From the NCBI RefSeq assembly GCF_000021865.1, contig NC_014034.1, forward strand, positions 930,001-962,000: 32,000 bases of DNA, written 5' to 3'. Source of the stretch: Rhodobacter capsulatus SB 1003 (GTDB lineage: Bacteria > Pseudomonadota > Alphaproteobacteria > Rhodobacterales > Rhodobacteraceae). A program made the translations under genes and the position numbers. The notes under the pieces are model-generated. The model searched no databases, was not told the DNA's origin, and saw only the letters and a program-made list of their open reading frames with translations. Each line of letters starts with the position of its first letter. Within the stretch, counting starts at the first letter, position 1. This document shows positions 6,855 through 17,685 of the stretch, in pieces.

Positions 6855-8453
6855 ATGACATCACTCCGCAGCCTTCGCCCGGTGGCCGCTTTCGCCGCCC
6901 TTCTTGCTTGTGTCGCGCCCGCCGCGCTTTTTGCGCAGACGCCCGCCGACACGCTGGTTCTGGCCGATGCGATCGACGACATCGTCTCGATCGATCCGGC
7001 CGAAGCCTTTGAATTCTCGGGCGCGGACCTGAACAACAACCTTTACGATTCGCTGGTGGAACTGGACCCCGCGAAACCCGGTGAGCTGGTGCCCGGTCTG
7101 GCCGAAAGCTGGTCGGTCGATGCCGATGGCGTCACCTATCGTTTCAAGATGCGCCCGGGCGTCACCTTCTCCAGCGGCAATCCGGTCACCGCCGAGGCCG
7201 CGGCCCAGTCGCTGCGCCGCGTCGTCAAGATGGACAAGACCCCGGCCTTCATCCTGACCCAGTTCGGGCTGACCAAGGACAATGTCGATCAGACCGTCAG
7301 CTTTGACGGCGACACGCTGATCCTGAAGACCGACAAGCCCTATGCGCCGACCTTCATCTACAACTGCCTGACCTCGACCCCCGCCTATATCGTCGATGTC
7401 AAGGCGGCGATGGAGCACGAGGTGAACGGCGACATGGGCAATGAATGGCTCAAGTCGCATTCCGAAGGCACCGGCGCCTATGTGCTGCGCTCCTTCAAGC
7501 CGAACGAGGGCTATATCCTGCAGGCCCGCGAGGGGCATTGGCGCGGCGATGCGCCGATCAAGAACGTGCTGATGCGCCATATCCCCGAGGGCGCGACGCA
7601 GCGGCTGCTGATCGAAAAGGGCGACATCGACATTGCCCGCGAAATGACGCCGACCGATATCGAGGGCGTCAGCGGCAATCCTGACATCGTGGTGCAAAAT
7701 GACGTCGGCGGGCAGATCTACTATCTGGCGATGAACCAGAAGGTGGCCGATCTGGCGAACCCGAAGGTGCTCGAGGCGATGCGCTGGGCGGTCGATTATC
7801 AGGGCATGGCCGACAGCATCCTGAAAGGCCAGTGGGTCGTGCATCAGGCCTTCCTGCCCAAGGGCTTCCTGGGGGCGCTGGACGACACGCCCTACAGCCT
7901 TGATCTGGAAAAGGCGAAAGCGGCCTTGGCCGAGTCCGGCGTGAAACTGCCGCTGGAAGTCAGCCTGACCGTGCGCAACAACCCCGAGCGGATGAACATC
8001 GCGCAATCGGTGCAGCATACGTTCGGGCAGATCGGCATCAACGTCACGCTGGATGTGGGCGACGGCAAGCAGGTGCTGGAGAAGTTCCGCGGCCGTCAGC
8101 ATCAGATCACCCTGCAGACCTGGGGGCCGGATTATCCCGACCCCCACACGAACGCCTCGACCTTCGCGGAAAACCCCGACAACTCGGACGAGGCCAAGGC
8201 GACGGGCTATCTGGCCTGGCGCACGGCCTGGGATCCGGGTGCGATGGGGGCGCAGGCCGAGGCCGCCGTGGCCGAGCCCGATGCCGCCAAACGCGCCGCG
8301 ATGTATGAAGACATGCAGCGCGTGCACCGCGACAGCTCGGCCTTCGTGACCATGTTCCAGATGGCGCGGCAGGATGCTTTGCGCGCCAATATCAAGGGCT
8401 TCCATGCTGGCGGTGCCACCGACCAGGCGAGCTACTGGACCGTGACCAAGTAA
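6855..8453 (+). CDS. ABC transporter substrate-binding protein, family 5 (peptide/nickel, DppA/OppA-like)
   Basis: ATG at 6855 follows GGGAG. A signal peptide is present (MTSLRSLRPVAAFAALLACVAPAALFAQT). The mature protein has typical SBP_bac_5 sequence. Confidence 0.9.
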   Translation: MTSLRSLRPVAAFAALLACVAPAALFAQTPADTLVLADAIDDIVSIDPAEAFEFSGADLNNNLYDSLVELDPAKPGELVPGLAESWSVDADGVTYRFKMRPGVTFSSGNPVTAEAAAQSLRRVVKMDKTPAFILTQFGLTKDNVDQTVSFDGDTLILKTDKPYAPTFIYNCLTSTPAYIVDVKAAMEHEVNGDMGNEWLKSHSEGTGAYVLRSFKPNEGYILQAREGHWRGDAPIKNVLMRHIPEGATQRLLIEKGDIDIAREMTPTDIEGVSGNPDIVVQNDVGGQIYYLAMNQKVADLANPKVLEAMRWAVDYQGMADSILKGQWVVHQAFLPKGFLGALDDTPYSLDLEKAKAALAESGVKLPLEVSLTVRNNPERMNIAQSVQHTFGQIGINVTLDVGDGKQVLEKFRGRQHQITLQTWGPDYPDPHTNASTFAENPDNSDEAKATGYLAWRTAWDPGAMGAQAEAAVAEPDAAKRAAMYEDMQRVHRDSSAFVTMFQMARQDALRANIKGFHAGGATDQASYWTVTK

Positions 8454-8459
8454 GACGAT

Positions 8460-8489
8460 CCCGCCGCCCGGGCCGATCCGGGCGGCGGG
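8460..8489 (+). promoter_or_regulatory. Intercistronic GC hairpin (12-bp perfect stem) between the binding-protein and permease genes
   Basis: cccgccgcccgg-gccgat-ccgggcggcggg. No T-tract follows. Confidence 0.55.
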
Positions 8490-8501
8490 GCTTCCCCCCC
8501 C

Positions 8502-9566
8502 ATGACCACGACCGAACCCTCCCCCGCTTCGTCCTCCCGTCTGCCTGCGCTCGCGCGCCATGCGGCCGGGGGTCTTCTCACCCTTGCCATCACGCTTCTG
8601 GGCCTTTTGCTCGTTACCTTCGTCATCGGCCGCGTCGTGCCGATTGACCCGGTGCTCTCGATCGTCGGCGAACGCGCCACCGAGGCGCAATATCAGGCCG
8701 TCCGCGAGGCGCTGGGTCTGGATCAACCGCTCTGGCAGCAGTTCTGGATTTACGTCCGTGACGCCGTGCAGGGCGATCTGGGCCAGTCGATCCGCACCCG
8801 CACCCCGGTGATCGAGGATGTCGCCCGCGTCTTCCCCGCCACGCTCGAACTGGCGACGCTCGGAACGCTGATCGGCGTCGCCCTGGGCGTGCCCGCAGGC
8901 GTTCTGGCCGCGACCCGCCCGGGCACGCTTTCCGATCAGATCGTGCGGCTGGTCGGCCTTGTCGGCTATTCGATGCCGGTCTTCTGGCTGGGCCTGATCG
9001 GTCTTCTGATCTTTTACGGCCAGCTTGGCTGGGTCGGCGGCCCCGGGCGGCTCGATGCGACCTACGAGATGATGCTGGAATTCAGCATGACCCGTTACAC
9101 CGGCGCCATATTGATCGACTCCGCGCTGAACGGCGCCTGGGACATCTTTGCCAATGCGATCTCCCACATCCTCCTGCCCGCGGGAATTCTGGGCTATGTC
9201 TCCATGGCTTACATCAGCCGCATGACGCGCAGCTTCATGATGACCGAACTGAGCCAGGAATATATCACCACCGCCCGGGTCAAGGGCATGCCGGAATGGC
9301 GGGTGATCTGGGTGCATGCGATGCGCAATGTCTCGGTGCCGCTGATCACTGTGATCGCGCTGTCCTACGCCTATCTGCTCGAAGGCTCGGTGCTGACCGA
9401 GACGATCTTCGCCTGGCCGGGCCTTGGCCTTTACATCACCGACGCGCTTTTTGCCGCCGACATGCCCGCCGTTCTGGGCGGCACCGTCGTCGTGGGCGTC
9501 GTCTTCGTCACGTTGAACATGGCTTCCGACATCCTTTACCGCCTTGTCGATCCGAGGGCCCGCTGA
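8502..9566 (+). CDS. Peptide ABC transporter permease (DppB/OppB-like)
   Basis: 354 aa with multiple TM segments and the BPD_transp_1 architecture typical of DppB (N-terminal ...VTFVIGRVVPIDPV). Confidence 0.9.
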   Translation: MTTTEPSPASSSRLPALARHAAGGLLTLAITLLGLLLVTFVIGRVVPIDPVLSIVGERATEAQYQAVREALGLDQPLWQQFWIYVRDAVQGDLGQSIRTRTPVIEDVARVFPATLELATLGTLIGVALGVPAGVLAATRPGTLSDQIVRLVGLVGYSMPVFWLGLIGLLIFYGQLGWVGGPGRLDATYEMMLEFSMTRYTGAILIDSALNGAWDIFANAISHILLPAGILGYVSMAYISRMTRSFMMTELSQEYITTARVKGMPEWRVIWVHAMRNVSVPLITVIALSYAYLLEGSVLTETIFAWPGLGLYITDALFAADMPAVLGGTVVVGVVFVTLNMASDILYRLVDPRAR

Positions 9567-10471
9567 TGACCGCGCTCACCCTTTGGCTGACCGATCCGAA
9601 CCCCAGCTCGCGCCGTCAGGCCCGGCTGGGCCAGGCCTGGCTTGCCTGGCTGCGCCTGCGCCGCAACCCCTTGGCGATGCTGGGTCTTTTCATCATCGCG
9701 GGGCTGTGCCTGACGGCCGCCGCGGCGCCGGTCTTTGCGCCGCAGGACCCTTTCGCGCAAAACCTGGCCGAGCGGCTTTTGCCCCCCGGCACGCCCGGGC
9801 ATTGGCTGGGCACCGATGATTTCGGCCGCGACATCTGGAGCCGGATCGTCCATGGCGCCCGCATCACGCTGGTCATCGTCGCCCTTGTCGCCGTCACCGC
9901 GCCGCTGATCGGGCTGTTGATCGGCACCGTCGCGGGCTATTTCGGCGGCTGGGTCGATAGCGTGCTGATGCGGATCACCGATATCTTCCTGGCTTTCCCG
10001 CGGCTTATCCTCGCGCTGGCGCTGGTTGCCGTGCTGGGGCCGGGGGTGCAGAACGCGGTTCTGGCCATCGCCCTGACCGCCTGGCCCCCCTATGCCCGCG
10101 TCGCGCGGGCGGAAACCCTGACCGTGCGCAATTCCGATTACATCGCCGCCGTGCGGCTGCAGGGCGCGGGGGCGGGGCGGATCATCTGGGGCCATGTCGT
10201 GCCGATGTGCCTGCCCTCGGTGATCATCCGCGTCACGCTGGACATGGCGGGGGTGATCCTGATCGCGGCGGGGCTGGGCTTCCTCGGCCTTGGCGTGCAG
10301 CCGCCGCTGCCCGAATGGGGGCTGATGATTTCCTCGGGCCGCAAATTCCTGTTCGAGCAATGGTGGGTGGCCACCATGCCCGGTCTGGCGATCTTTACCG
10401 TCTCGCTCGGCTTCAACCTTCTGGGGGATGGTCTGCGCGATGTCCTCGACCCGCGGAGTGCGTCGCGATGA
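9566..10471 (+). CDS. Peptide ABC transporter permease (DppC/OppC-like)
   Basis: The ATG overlaps the preceding stop (cTGATGa). The protein reads MTALTLWL...HWLGTDDFGRDIWSRIVHGARITL, a typical DppC N-terminal motif. Confidence 0.9.
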   Translation: MTALTLWLTDPNPSSRRQARLGQAWLAWLRLRRNPLAMLGLFIIAGLCLTAAAAPVFAPQDPFAQNLAERLLPPGTPGHWLGTDDFGRDIWSRIVHGARITLVIVALVAVTAPLIGLLIGTVAGYFGGWVDSVLMRITDIFLAFPRLILALALVAVLGPGVQNAVLAIALTAWPPYARVARAETLTVRNSDYIAAVRLQGAGAGRIIWGHVVPMCLPSVIIRVTLDMAGVILIAAGLGFLGLGVQPPLPEWGLMISSGRKFLFEQWWVATMPGLAIFTVSLGFNLLGDGLRDVLDPRSASR

Positions 10472-11301
10472 GCCTTTTGCAAATCGAAAACCTGCGCGTC
10501 ACCTTCGCGACCGAGACCGGCCCGGTCGAGGCCGTGCGCGGGGTCAGCTTTTCCTTGGGCCGGGAACGTCTGGGGATCGTCGGCGAAAGCGGTTCGGGGA
10601 AAACCATCACCGGGCGCTCGGTCTTGCGGCTGATCCGGCCGCCGGGGCGGATCGAGGCGGATCGGATGGACTTCGACGGCATCGACCTGCTGAAAGCCAA
10701 TGAAAAACAGATGCGTGCCCTGCGCGGCCCGCGGCTGGCGATGGTGATGCAGGACCCGAAATATTCGCTGAACCCCGTCATGCGGATCGGCGCGCAGCTG
10801 ACCGAGGGGCTCTTGCGCCGTGATCGCATCAGCCGGGCCGAGGCGCGCAAAAAGGCGATCTCGGCACTGGAAGCGGTGCAGATCCGCGACCCCGAACGGG
10901 TGATGGAGGCCTGGCCGCATGAGCTTTCGGGCGGCATGGGCCAGCGGGTGATGATCGCGATGATGCTGATCCCCGAGCCCGACCTGCTGATCGCCGATGA
11001 GCCGACTTCGGCCCTGGACGTGACGGTGCAGGCCGAGGTTCTGTCGATCCTTGACGATCTGGTGAAAAGCCGCGGCATGGGGCTGATCTTCATCAGCCAT
11101 GATCTGCGGCTGGTGGCGCGGTTTTGCGACCGGGTGCTGGTGATGTATCGCGGCCGCATCGTCGAGGAACTGGCGGCGCATGACCTGATGGCGGCGAAAC
11201 ATCCCTATACGCAGGGGCTTTTGAACTGCCTGCCGCGGATCGGGGGCCCGCGGGCGCCGCTGCCGGGGCTTGATCGCACGGGGGACTGGGCGCATGTCTG
11301 A
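10468..11301 (+). CDS. Peptide ABC transporter ATP-binding protein (DppD-like)
   Basis: The ATG overlaps the preceding stop (ATGA). Walker A GESGSGKT, signature LSGGMGQRV and Walker B LLIADEPTSALD are present. Confidence 0.9.
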   Translation: MSLLQIENLRVTFATETGPVEAVRGVSFSLGRERLGIVGESGSGKTITGRSVLRLIRPPGRIEADRMDFDGIDLLKANEKQMRALRGPRLAMVMQDPKYSLNPVMRIGAQLTEGLLRRDRISRAEARKKAISALEAVQIRDPERVMEAWPHELSGGMGQRVMIAMMLIPEPDLLIADEPTSALDVTVQAEVLSILDDLVKSRGMGLIFISHDLRLVARFCDRVLVMYRGRIVEELAAHDLMAAKHPYTQGLLNCLPRIGGPRAPLPGLDRTGDWAHV

Positions 11302-12069
11302 TCTGATCGAAATCGAGGATCTCTCGGTCACGTTTCGCGCGCATGGCCGCACCGTCCGCGCGGTCGAAGGCGTAAGTCTGCGCGTGCCCGCACAGGCAAG
11401 CTTCGGCCTTGTGGGCGAAAGCGGCTCTGGCAAATCCACCATCCTGCGGGCGATCTGCGGGTTGGCGCCGGTTTCGGGCGGCGCGATCCGGATTGGCGGG
11501 CAACCGCTGAAAGCGCCGCGCGACAAGGCCTTTGCCGCGCGCGTGCAGATGGTGTTTCAGGACCCCTATGCCAGCCTGCATCCGCGCCACACCATCGACC
11601 ACACGCTGTCGGAACCGCTGGCCATCCATGGCATCGGCGACACCGATGCGCGGGTGGTGCGGGCGCTGACCGATGTCGGCCTGCCGACCTCGTTCCGCTT
11701 TCGCTATCCGCACCAGCTCTCGGGCGGGCAGCGCCAGCGCGTCGCCATTGCCCGCGCGCTGATGCTGGAGCCGGAAATCCTGCTGCTCGATGAACCGACC
11801 TCGGCGCTGGATGCTTCGGTGCAGGCCGAGGTGCTCAATCTGCTCAACCGGTTGCGGGCGGAACGCGGGCTGACCTTCCTGATGGTCAGCCACGATCTGG
11901 CCGTCATCGATCACATGTGCGACCGCGTTCTGGTGATGCAGAACGGCCGCGCGGTCGAGGAACTGGCGCGTGACGACCTGTCCCACGCCCGGATGAAGAC
12001 GGCTTATGCGCAAAGCCTGTTCGCGGCCTCCGCGGACCGGATGCTGGACCCCGCCGGAAAGGAAACCCG

Positions 12070-12073
<4 letters not shown>
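11294..12073 (+). CDS. Peptide ABC transporter ATP-binding protein (DppF-like)
   Basis: The start overlaps the end of the upstream gene. Walker A GESGSGKST, signature LSGGQRQRV and Walker B LLLDEPTSALD are present. Confidence 0.9.
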
Positions 12074-13128
<1,055 letters not shown>

Positions 13129-13133
13129 GCCAA

Positions 13134-13163
13134 AGAAAAGCCCCGGGAAACCGGGGCTTTTTG
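13134..13163. terminator. Bidirectional intrinsic terminator between the convergent dipeptidase and helicase genes
   Basis: gaaaaGCCCCGGgaaaCCGGGGCttttt has a 7-bp GC stem and a GAAA loop, with an A-tract and a T-tract on either side. Confidence 0.8.
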
Positions 13164-13180
13164 CATTTCCGTGCGGCGGA

Positions 13181-14827
13181 TCAGCCTTCCGAGGGTTCCG
13201 TGACCGGGGTTTCCAGCTCGGCCTCGGGGGCCTCGTCGCTGTCCTTGTCCTCGATCACCGGCTTCGTGGTGCGAAACGACCGCAACAGGAAATCCGGCAC
13301 GTGATCGCCCATGCCGACGACGGCAGGCCCGCCATCGCGGCCACGACGGCTGTCGCGATAGGGTTCCGACCGGCGTTCGTCGCGGCGATCCTCGCGCGGG
13401 CCGTCCGGACGGATCGGCTCGGCGCGGTGGCTCTCCGACCGCGGGCCGTCATTCCGGCGCGGTTCCGAACGACGCGGCTCGGCCCGTTTCGCCTCGGGCA
13501 CCTCGACGATATGCGAGTCGTCTTCCTCGACGGCGACGATCACCGGGGCGCGGTCTTCGCGCGGCGGGCGTTTCTCGTCGCGACCCCGACCCGAGCGCGA
13601 CCGCGAGGAGCGCGATTTCGGCCCCTTGTCATCGTCATACTTGCGCGGCTCGCGATGCGCGGCTTCCGACAGCGAGAACCCTTCGGGCGGATCGGCGCGG
13701 GGAATTTCCTGCTTCACCAGGGCCTCGATCGCGGCCAGATATTTCGCATCCGCGGGCGTGCCGATCGAATAGGCCGTGCCCAGACGCCCGGCGCGGCCGG
13801 TGCGGCCGATGCGGTGGACGTAATCCTCGGCATGGCTGGGCAGGTCGTAGTTGAAGACATGGCTGACGGCCGGAATATCAAGGCCCCGCGCGGCGACATC
13901 CGAGGCGATCAGAAGCTGCAACGAGCCATCGCGGAACGCGTCCAGCGTCTTCGTGCGCAGGCTCTGGTCCAGATCGCCATGGATCGGCGCGGCGTTGAAC
14001 CCGTGCGTTTTCAGCGACTTCGCCACGATATCGACATCGGTCTTGCGGTTGCAGAAGATGATCGCGTTGGTGCAGGCCTCGCCCTCGGACTTGATGATCG
14101 CGCGCAGAAGTTCGCGTTTCGCCTTGGCCGACTGGTCGCGGCGCGGCGGCGTGATCTGGATCAGCTTTTGCGTGATCGTTTCCGAGGTCGTCGCCTGCCG
14201 CGCCACTTCGATGCGCGCGGGCGCATGCAGGAAGGTGTTGGTGATGCGCTCGATTTCCGGCGCCATCGTGGCACTGAAGAACAGCGTCTGCCGGGTGAAG
14301 GGGGTCAGCTGGAAGATCCGCTCGATATCCGGGATGAAGCCCATGTCGAGCATCCGGTCGGCCTCGTCGACCACCATGATCTGCACGCCGGTCAGCAAAA
14401 GCTTGCCGCGCTCGAAATGGTCCAGAAGCCGCCCGGGCGTGGCGATCAGCACGTCGACGCCGCGGTCGATCAGCTTGTCCTGTTCGCCAAAGGACACGCC
14501 GCCGATGAGCAGCGCCTTGGTCAGCCTGGTGTATTTCGCGTAGGTGTCGAAGTTCTCGGCCACCTGCGCCGCCAGTTCGCGGGTCGGGCAAAGCACGAGC
14601 GAACGCGGCATCCGCGCCCGGGCCCGGCCCGAGGACAGCATGGTGACCATCGGCAGGGTGAAGGAGGCGGTCTTGCCGGTGCCGGTCTGGGCGATGCCCA
14701 GCACGTCGCGGCCTTCGAGCGCGGGCGGAATGGCGCCGGCCTGGATCGGGGTGGGCGTTTCGTATCCGGCGTCCGCGATGGCACGCAGCACGGCAGGGTC
14801 AAGCTTGAGATCGGTAAACTTCGTCAT
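13181..14827 (-). CDS. DEAD-box ATP-dependent RNA helicase (RhlE-like) with an Arg/Asp/Glu/Pro-rich C-terminal tail
   Basis: Motifs seen: Q motif (TPTPIQ), AQTGTGKT, VVDEADRMLD, SAT, HRIGRTGRAG. The C-terminal roughly 150 aa are low complexity. Confidence 0.95.
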   Translation of the reverse strand: MTKFTDLKLDPAVLRAIADAGYETPTPIQAGAIPPALEGRDVLGIAQTGTGKTASFTLPMVTMLSSGRARARMPRSLVLCPTRELAAQVAENFDTYAKYTRLTKALLIGGVSFGEQDKLIDRGVDVLIATPGRLLDHFERGKLLLTGVQIMVVDEADRMLDMGFIPDIERIFQLTPFTRQTLFFSATMAPEIERITNTFLHAPARIEVARQATTSETITQKLIQITPPRRDQSAKAKRELLRAIIKSEGEACTNAIIFCNRKTDVDIVAKSLKTHGFNAAPIHGDLDQSLRTKTLDAFRDGSLQLLIASDVAARGLDIPAVSHVFNYDLPSHAEDYVHRIGRTGRAGRLGTAYSIGTPADAKYLAAIEALVKQEIPRADPPEGFSLSEAAHREPRKYDDDKGPKSRSSRSRSGRGRDEKRPPREDRAPVIVAVEEDDSHIVEVPEAKRAEPRRSEPRRNDGPRSESHRAEPIRPDGPREDRRDERRSEPYRDSRRGRDGGPAVVGMGDHVPDFLLRSFRTTKPVIEDKDSDEAPEAELETPVTEPSEG

Positions 14828-14948
14828 GGGCGTCCTGTGGCGCGTGGGGAGGCCCCGCGCGCGGGGTGGGGGGACGCGTTGAAACCGGGCGTCCCGTCTG
14901 CCCGCCGGATTGCGGGTGAGGTCGCGTTAGCGGAAAAATCGCGATCCG

Positions 14949-15758
14949 TCAATCTGAACGGGGTGCGACGCGCTTTCCCATCTTGCGCAAACGGAGCAAA
15001 AGCCCCCGGTTCGAGGTCTCGAAATCGGAAATCAGCGCCTCGGCCAGCTGCCCCATCGGCCCGGCGTCGTGGCTTTGCCGCCAGATCCGCGCCAGCAGAT
15101 TGCGCGGCAGATCGCCCGCGCGCAGGTCATAGGCCGAAAGCCCCATCATCAGCGGCCCGCGGTGCGGGCGGCGGTTCGGAAAGGGCTCCCAGGCGGCAAG
15201 GCCGGAAAAGCGCCGCTCGGTTTCGTAAAGCTTCACCAGCCCGAACATCAGCGCGATCTGCGCGCCAAGGCTGCGTTCGGCCTCGGTCCGGCCGTGATCG
15301 GCAAAGCATTGCGCCGCCGACACCCGCCAGCGCGTCGGCATTTCCCGCGCGAGGCGCGCGCCGTGTTCGTCCCAGATCCGGAAATAGAGGCTTCGCGCCG
15401 TCTCGGGCACCGCGGCGCGGCGCAGGACCATGACCAGCTGCGCATGCAGGAATTCAAGTTCGGTCGTGGCCGGGTCTTCGGCCGCCATCTTGCGGGCAAG
15501 ATTGCGCGCGCGGGCCGCAAAATCGGTAAAATCCTGCGCTTCCATCGCGCCTTCGGGCGGGATCAGCACCCGGTCGGCCAAAGCGGACAGGTCCAGATCG
15601 GCGGGCGGCAGGTCCCCCGGCGCATAGTCGAACGGGCGTTCGCGCGCCACGAGCCGTTCCCAGGCCATGCCCAGACCCAGACCAAGGCCGCTTTCGCCCG
15701 CGTCGAATTCGCCCCGCGCGGCCAGTGTCGGGCGGTGCCTGTCTTCGGGTTCGGTCAT
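14949..15758 (-). CDS. Hypothetical protein, 269 aa
   Basis: Balanced amino-acid composition and high G/C at third positions. ATG at 15758 is preceded by AAAGGGGG. The overlapping plus-strand ORF is Arg-rich junk. I recognise no family. Confidence 0.65.
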   Translation of the reverse strand: MTEPEDRHRPTLAARGEFDAGESGLGLGLGMAWERLVARERPFDYAPGDLPPADLDLSALADRVLIPPEGAMEAQDFTDFAARARNLARKMAAEDPATTELEFLHAQLVMVLRRAAVPETARSLYFRIWDEHGARLAREMPTRWRVSAAQCFADHGRTEAERSLGAQIALMFGLVKLYETERRFSGLAAWEPFPNRRPHRGPLMMGLSAYDLRAGDLPRNLLARIWRQSHDAGPMGQLAEALISDFETSNRGLLLRLRKMGKRVAPRSD

Positions 15759-15885
15759 GCCGGGCCCCCTTTCGGGCGGCATTGAACCGGCTTCGCAAGC
15801 CAAGTGCAAGCGCCGGGGCGGGGCAAGAGTTGACGGCAGGGCGCCGCTCTGGCAGGGGTGGGGCAACGAAGGAAGCGATCAGATC

Positions 15886-17631
15886 ATGAACCTCTTTGCT
15901 GATGTGCGCGCGGTCGTGCTTGCCGCGCTGGATGCGATGGTGGCCGAAGGCGCGCTGCCTGCGGGCCTTGATACCCAGGCCGTGGCGGTCGAGCCGCCGC
16001 GCGATGCCGCCCATGGCGACATGGCGACGAATGCCGCGATGGTGCTGGCGAAACCCGCCGGAACGAACCCGCGCGCGCTGGCCGAGGGGCTGGTGGCGAA
16101 ACTTGCCGCCGATGCCCGGATCGTCTCGGCCGAGGTCGCCGGTCCGGGTTTCATCAACCTGCGGCTGGCGCCCGGGCTTTGGGCCGATGTGGTGCGTGCG
16201 GCGCTGACCGCGGGCAGCGATTTCGGCCGCTCGACGCTGGGCCGCGGCATCAAGGTCAACGTCGAATATGTGTCCGCGAACCCGACCGGGCCGATGCATG
16301 TGGGCCATACCCGCGGCGCGGTCTTTGGCGATGCTTTGGCCAGCCTGCTTGATTTCGCGGGCTACGATGTGACGCGCGAATATTACATCAACGACGGCGG
16401 CGCGCAGGTCGATGTGCTGGCGCGCTCGGCCTATGAACGCTACCGCGAGGCGAACGGGCTCGAACCCGAGATCCGTGAGGGGCTTTACCCGGGCGATTAC
16501 CTGATCCCGGTGGGCGAGGCGCTGAAGGAAAAATACGGTGCCAGCCTGATCGACAAGCCCGAAAGCGACTGGCTCGCCGAGGTGCGAGTTTTCGCGACCG
16601 AGGCGATGATGGCGATGATCCGCGAGGATCTGGCGCTGCTTGGCGTGAAGATGGACGTCTTCTATTCCGAGAAATCGCTTTACGGCACCGGCCAGATCGA
16701 GGCGGCGCTGCAACGGCTGCAGGATCTGGGCCTGATCTATGAAGGCGTGCTGGAGCCGCCGAAGGGGAAACTGCCCGAGGATTGGGAAGAACGCGAACAG
16801 ACACTGTTCCGCTCGACCAGCTATGGCGACGATGTCGACCGGCCGGTGAAGAAATCGGACGGCGCCTGGACCTATTTCGCCCCCGACATCGCCTATCACT
16901 GGACGAAGATCGAGCGCGGCTTCGATCAGCTGATCGACGTTTTCGGCGCCGATCACGGCGGTTACGTGAAGCGGATGAAGGCGGCCGTCGCGGCGCTTTC
17001 GGAAAACCGCGTGCCCTTGGACATCAAGCTCATCCAGCTGGTGAAGCTCTTCAAGAACGGCGAGCCCTTCAAGATGAGCAAGCGCGCGGGCACCTTTGTC
17101 ACCCTGCGCGACGTGGTCGAGCAGGCCGGGGCGGGCGTGACGCGTTTTCACATGCTGACGCGCAAGAACGATGCGCCCTTGGATTTCGACTTCGACAAGG
17201 TGCTGGAACAGTCCAAGGACAACCCGGTCTTTTACGTGCAATATGCCCATGCCCGGGTGGCGTCCGTGCTGCGCAAGGCGGTTGATCTGGGGATCGATGT
17301 CACCGATGCGGCGCTGGCCGCGGCCGATCTGGACCGCAACACCCACGAGGCCGAACGCGCGCTGGCGAAAAAGATCGCCGAATGGCCGCGTCAGGTCGAA
17401 ATCGCCGCCCGCGCGAACGAGCCGCATCGGGTCGCCTTCTTCCTGTATGAGATTGCCTCGGACCTGCATGCGCTGTGGAATCGCGGCAATGACGAGCCGT
17501 CGCTTCGCTTCCTTCAGGAAGGCGATCTGGCCGCCTCGTCGGCGAAAATCGCCCTTGCCCGGGCCTCGGCCGTTGTGATTTCGGCCGGTCTTGGTATTCT
17601 TGGCGTCACCCCGGCCGAAGAGATGCGCTAA
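15886..17631 (+). CDS. argS: Arginine--tRNA ligase
   Basis: ATG at 15886 follows [20 protein letters not shown] (HIGH-type motif), a KMSKR-type motif (FKMSKRAG) and a DALR anticodon-binding C-terminus are present. Confidence 0.95.
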   Translation: MNLFADVRAVVLAALDAMVAEGALPAGLDTQAVAVEPPRDAAHGDMATNAAMVLAKPAGTNPRALAEGLVAKLAADARIVSAEVAGPGFINLRLAPGLWADVVRAALTAGSDFGRSTLGRGIKVNVEYVSANPTGPMHVGHTRGAVFGDALASLLDFAGYDVTREYYINDGGAQVDVLARSAYERYREANGLEPEIREGLYPGDYLIPVGEALKEKYGASLIDKPESDWLAEVRVFATEAMMAMIREDLALLGVKMDVFYSEKSLYGTGQIEAALQRLQDLGLIYEGVLEPPKGKLPEDWEEREQTLFRSTSYGDDVDRPVKKSDGAWTYFAPDIAYHWTKIERGFDQLIDVFGADHGGYVKRMKAAVAALSENRVPLDIKLIQLVKLFKNGEPFKMSKRAGTFVTLRDVVEQAGAGVTRFHMLTRKNDAPLDFDFDKVLEQSKDNPVFYVQYAHARVASVLRKAVDLGIDVTDAALAAADLDRNTHEAERALAKKIAEWPRQVEIAARANEPHRVAFFLYEIASDLHALWNRGNDEPSLRFLQEGDLAASSAKIALARASAVVISAGLGILGVTPAEEMR

Positions 17632-17685
17632 GGCACCGCCGGGGGGCAGGGGCGAACCGGCCCGAAAACCGGAGATGGGGCGAGC

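Noticed and set aside
6469-6858. The 129-aa plus-strand ORF (and the minus-strand ORFs 6442-6864, 6462-6854, 6533-7039) filling the long intergenic region.
   Set aside because: Their translations are Arg/Ala/Gly/Pro-rich with no RBS or recognisable domain, and several mutually overlapping frames are open at once. That is the signature of GC-rich non-coding DNA. The region is treated as a leader or regulatory region instead.
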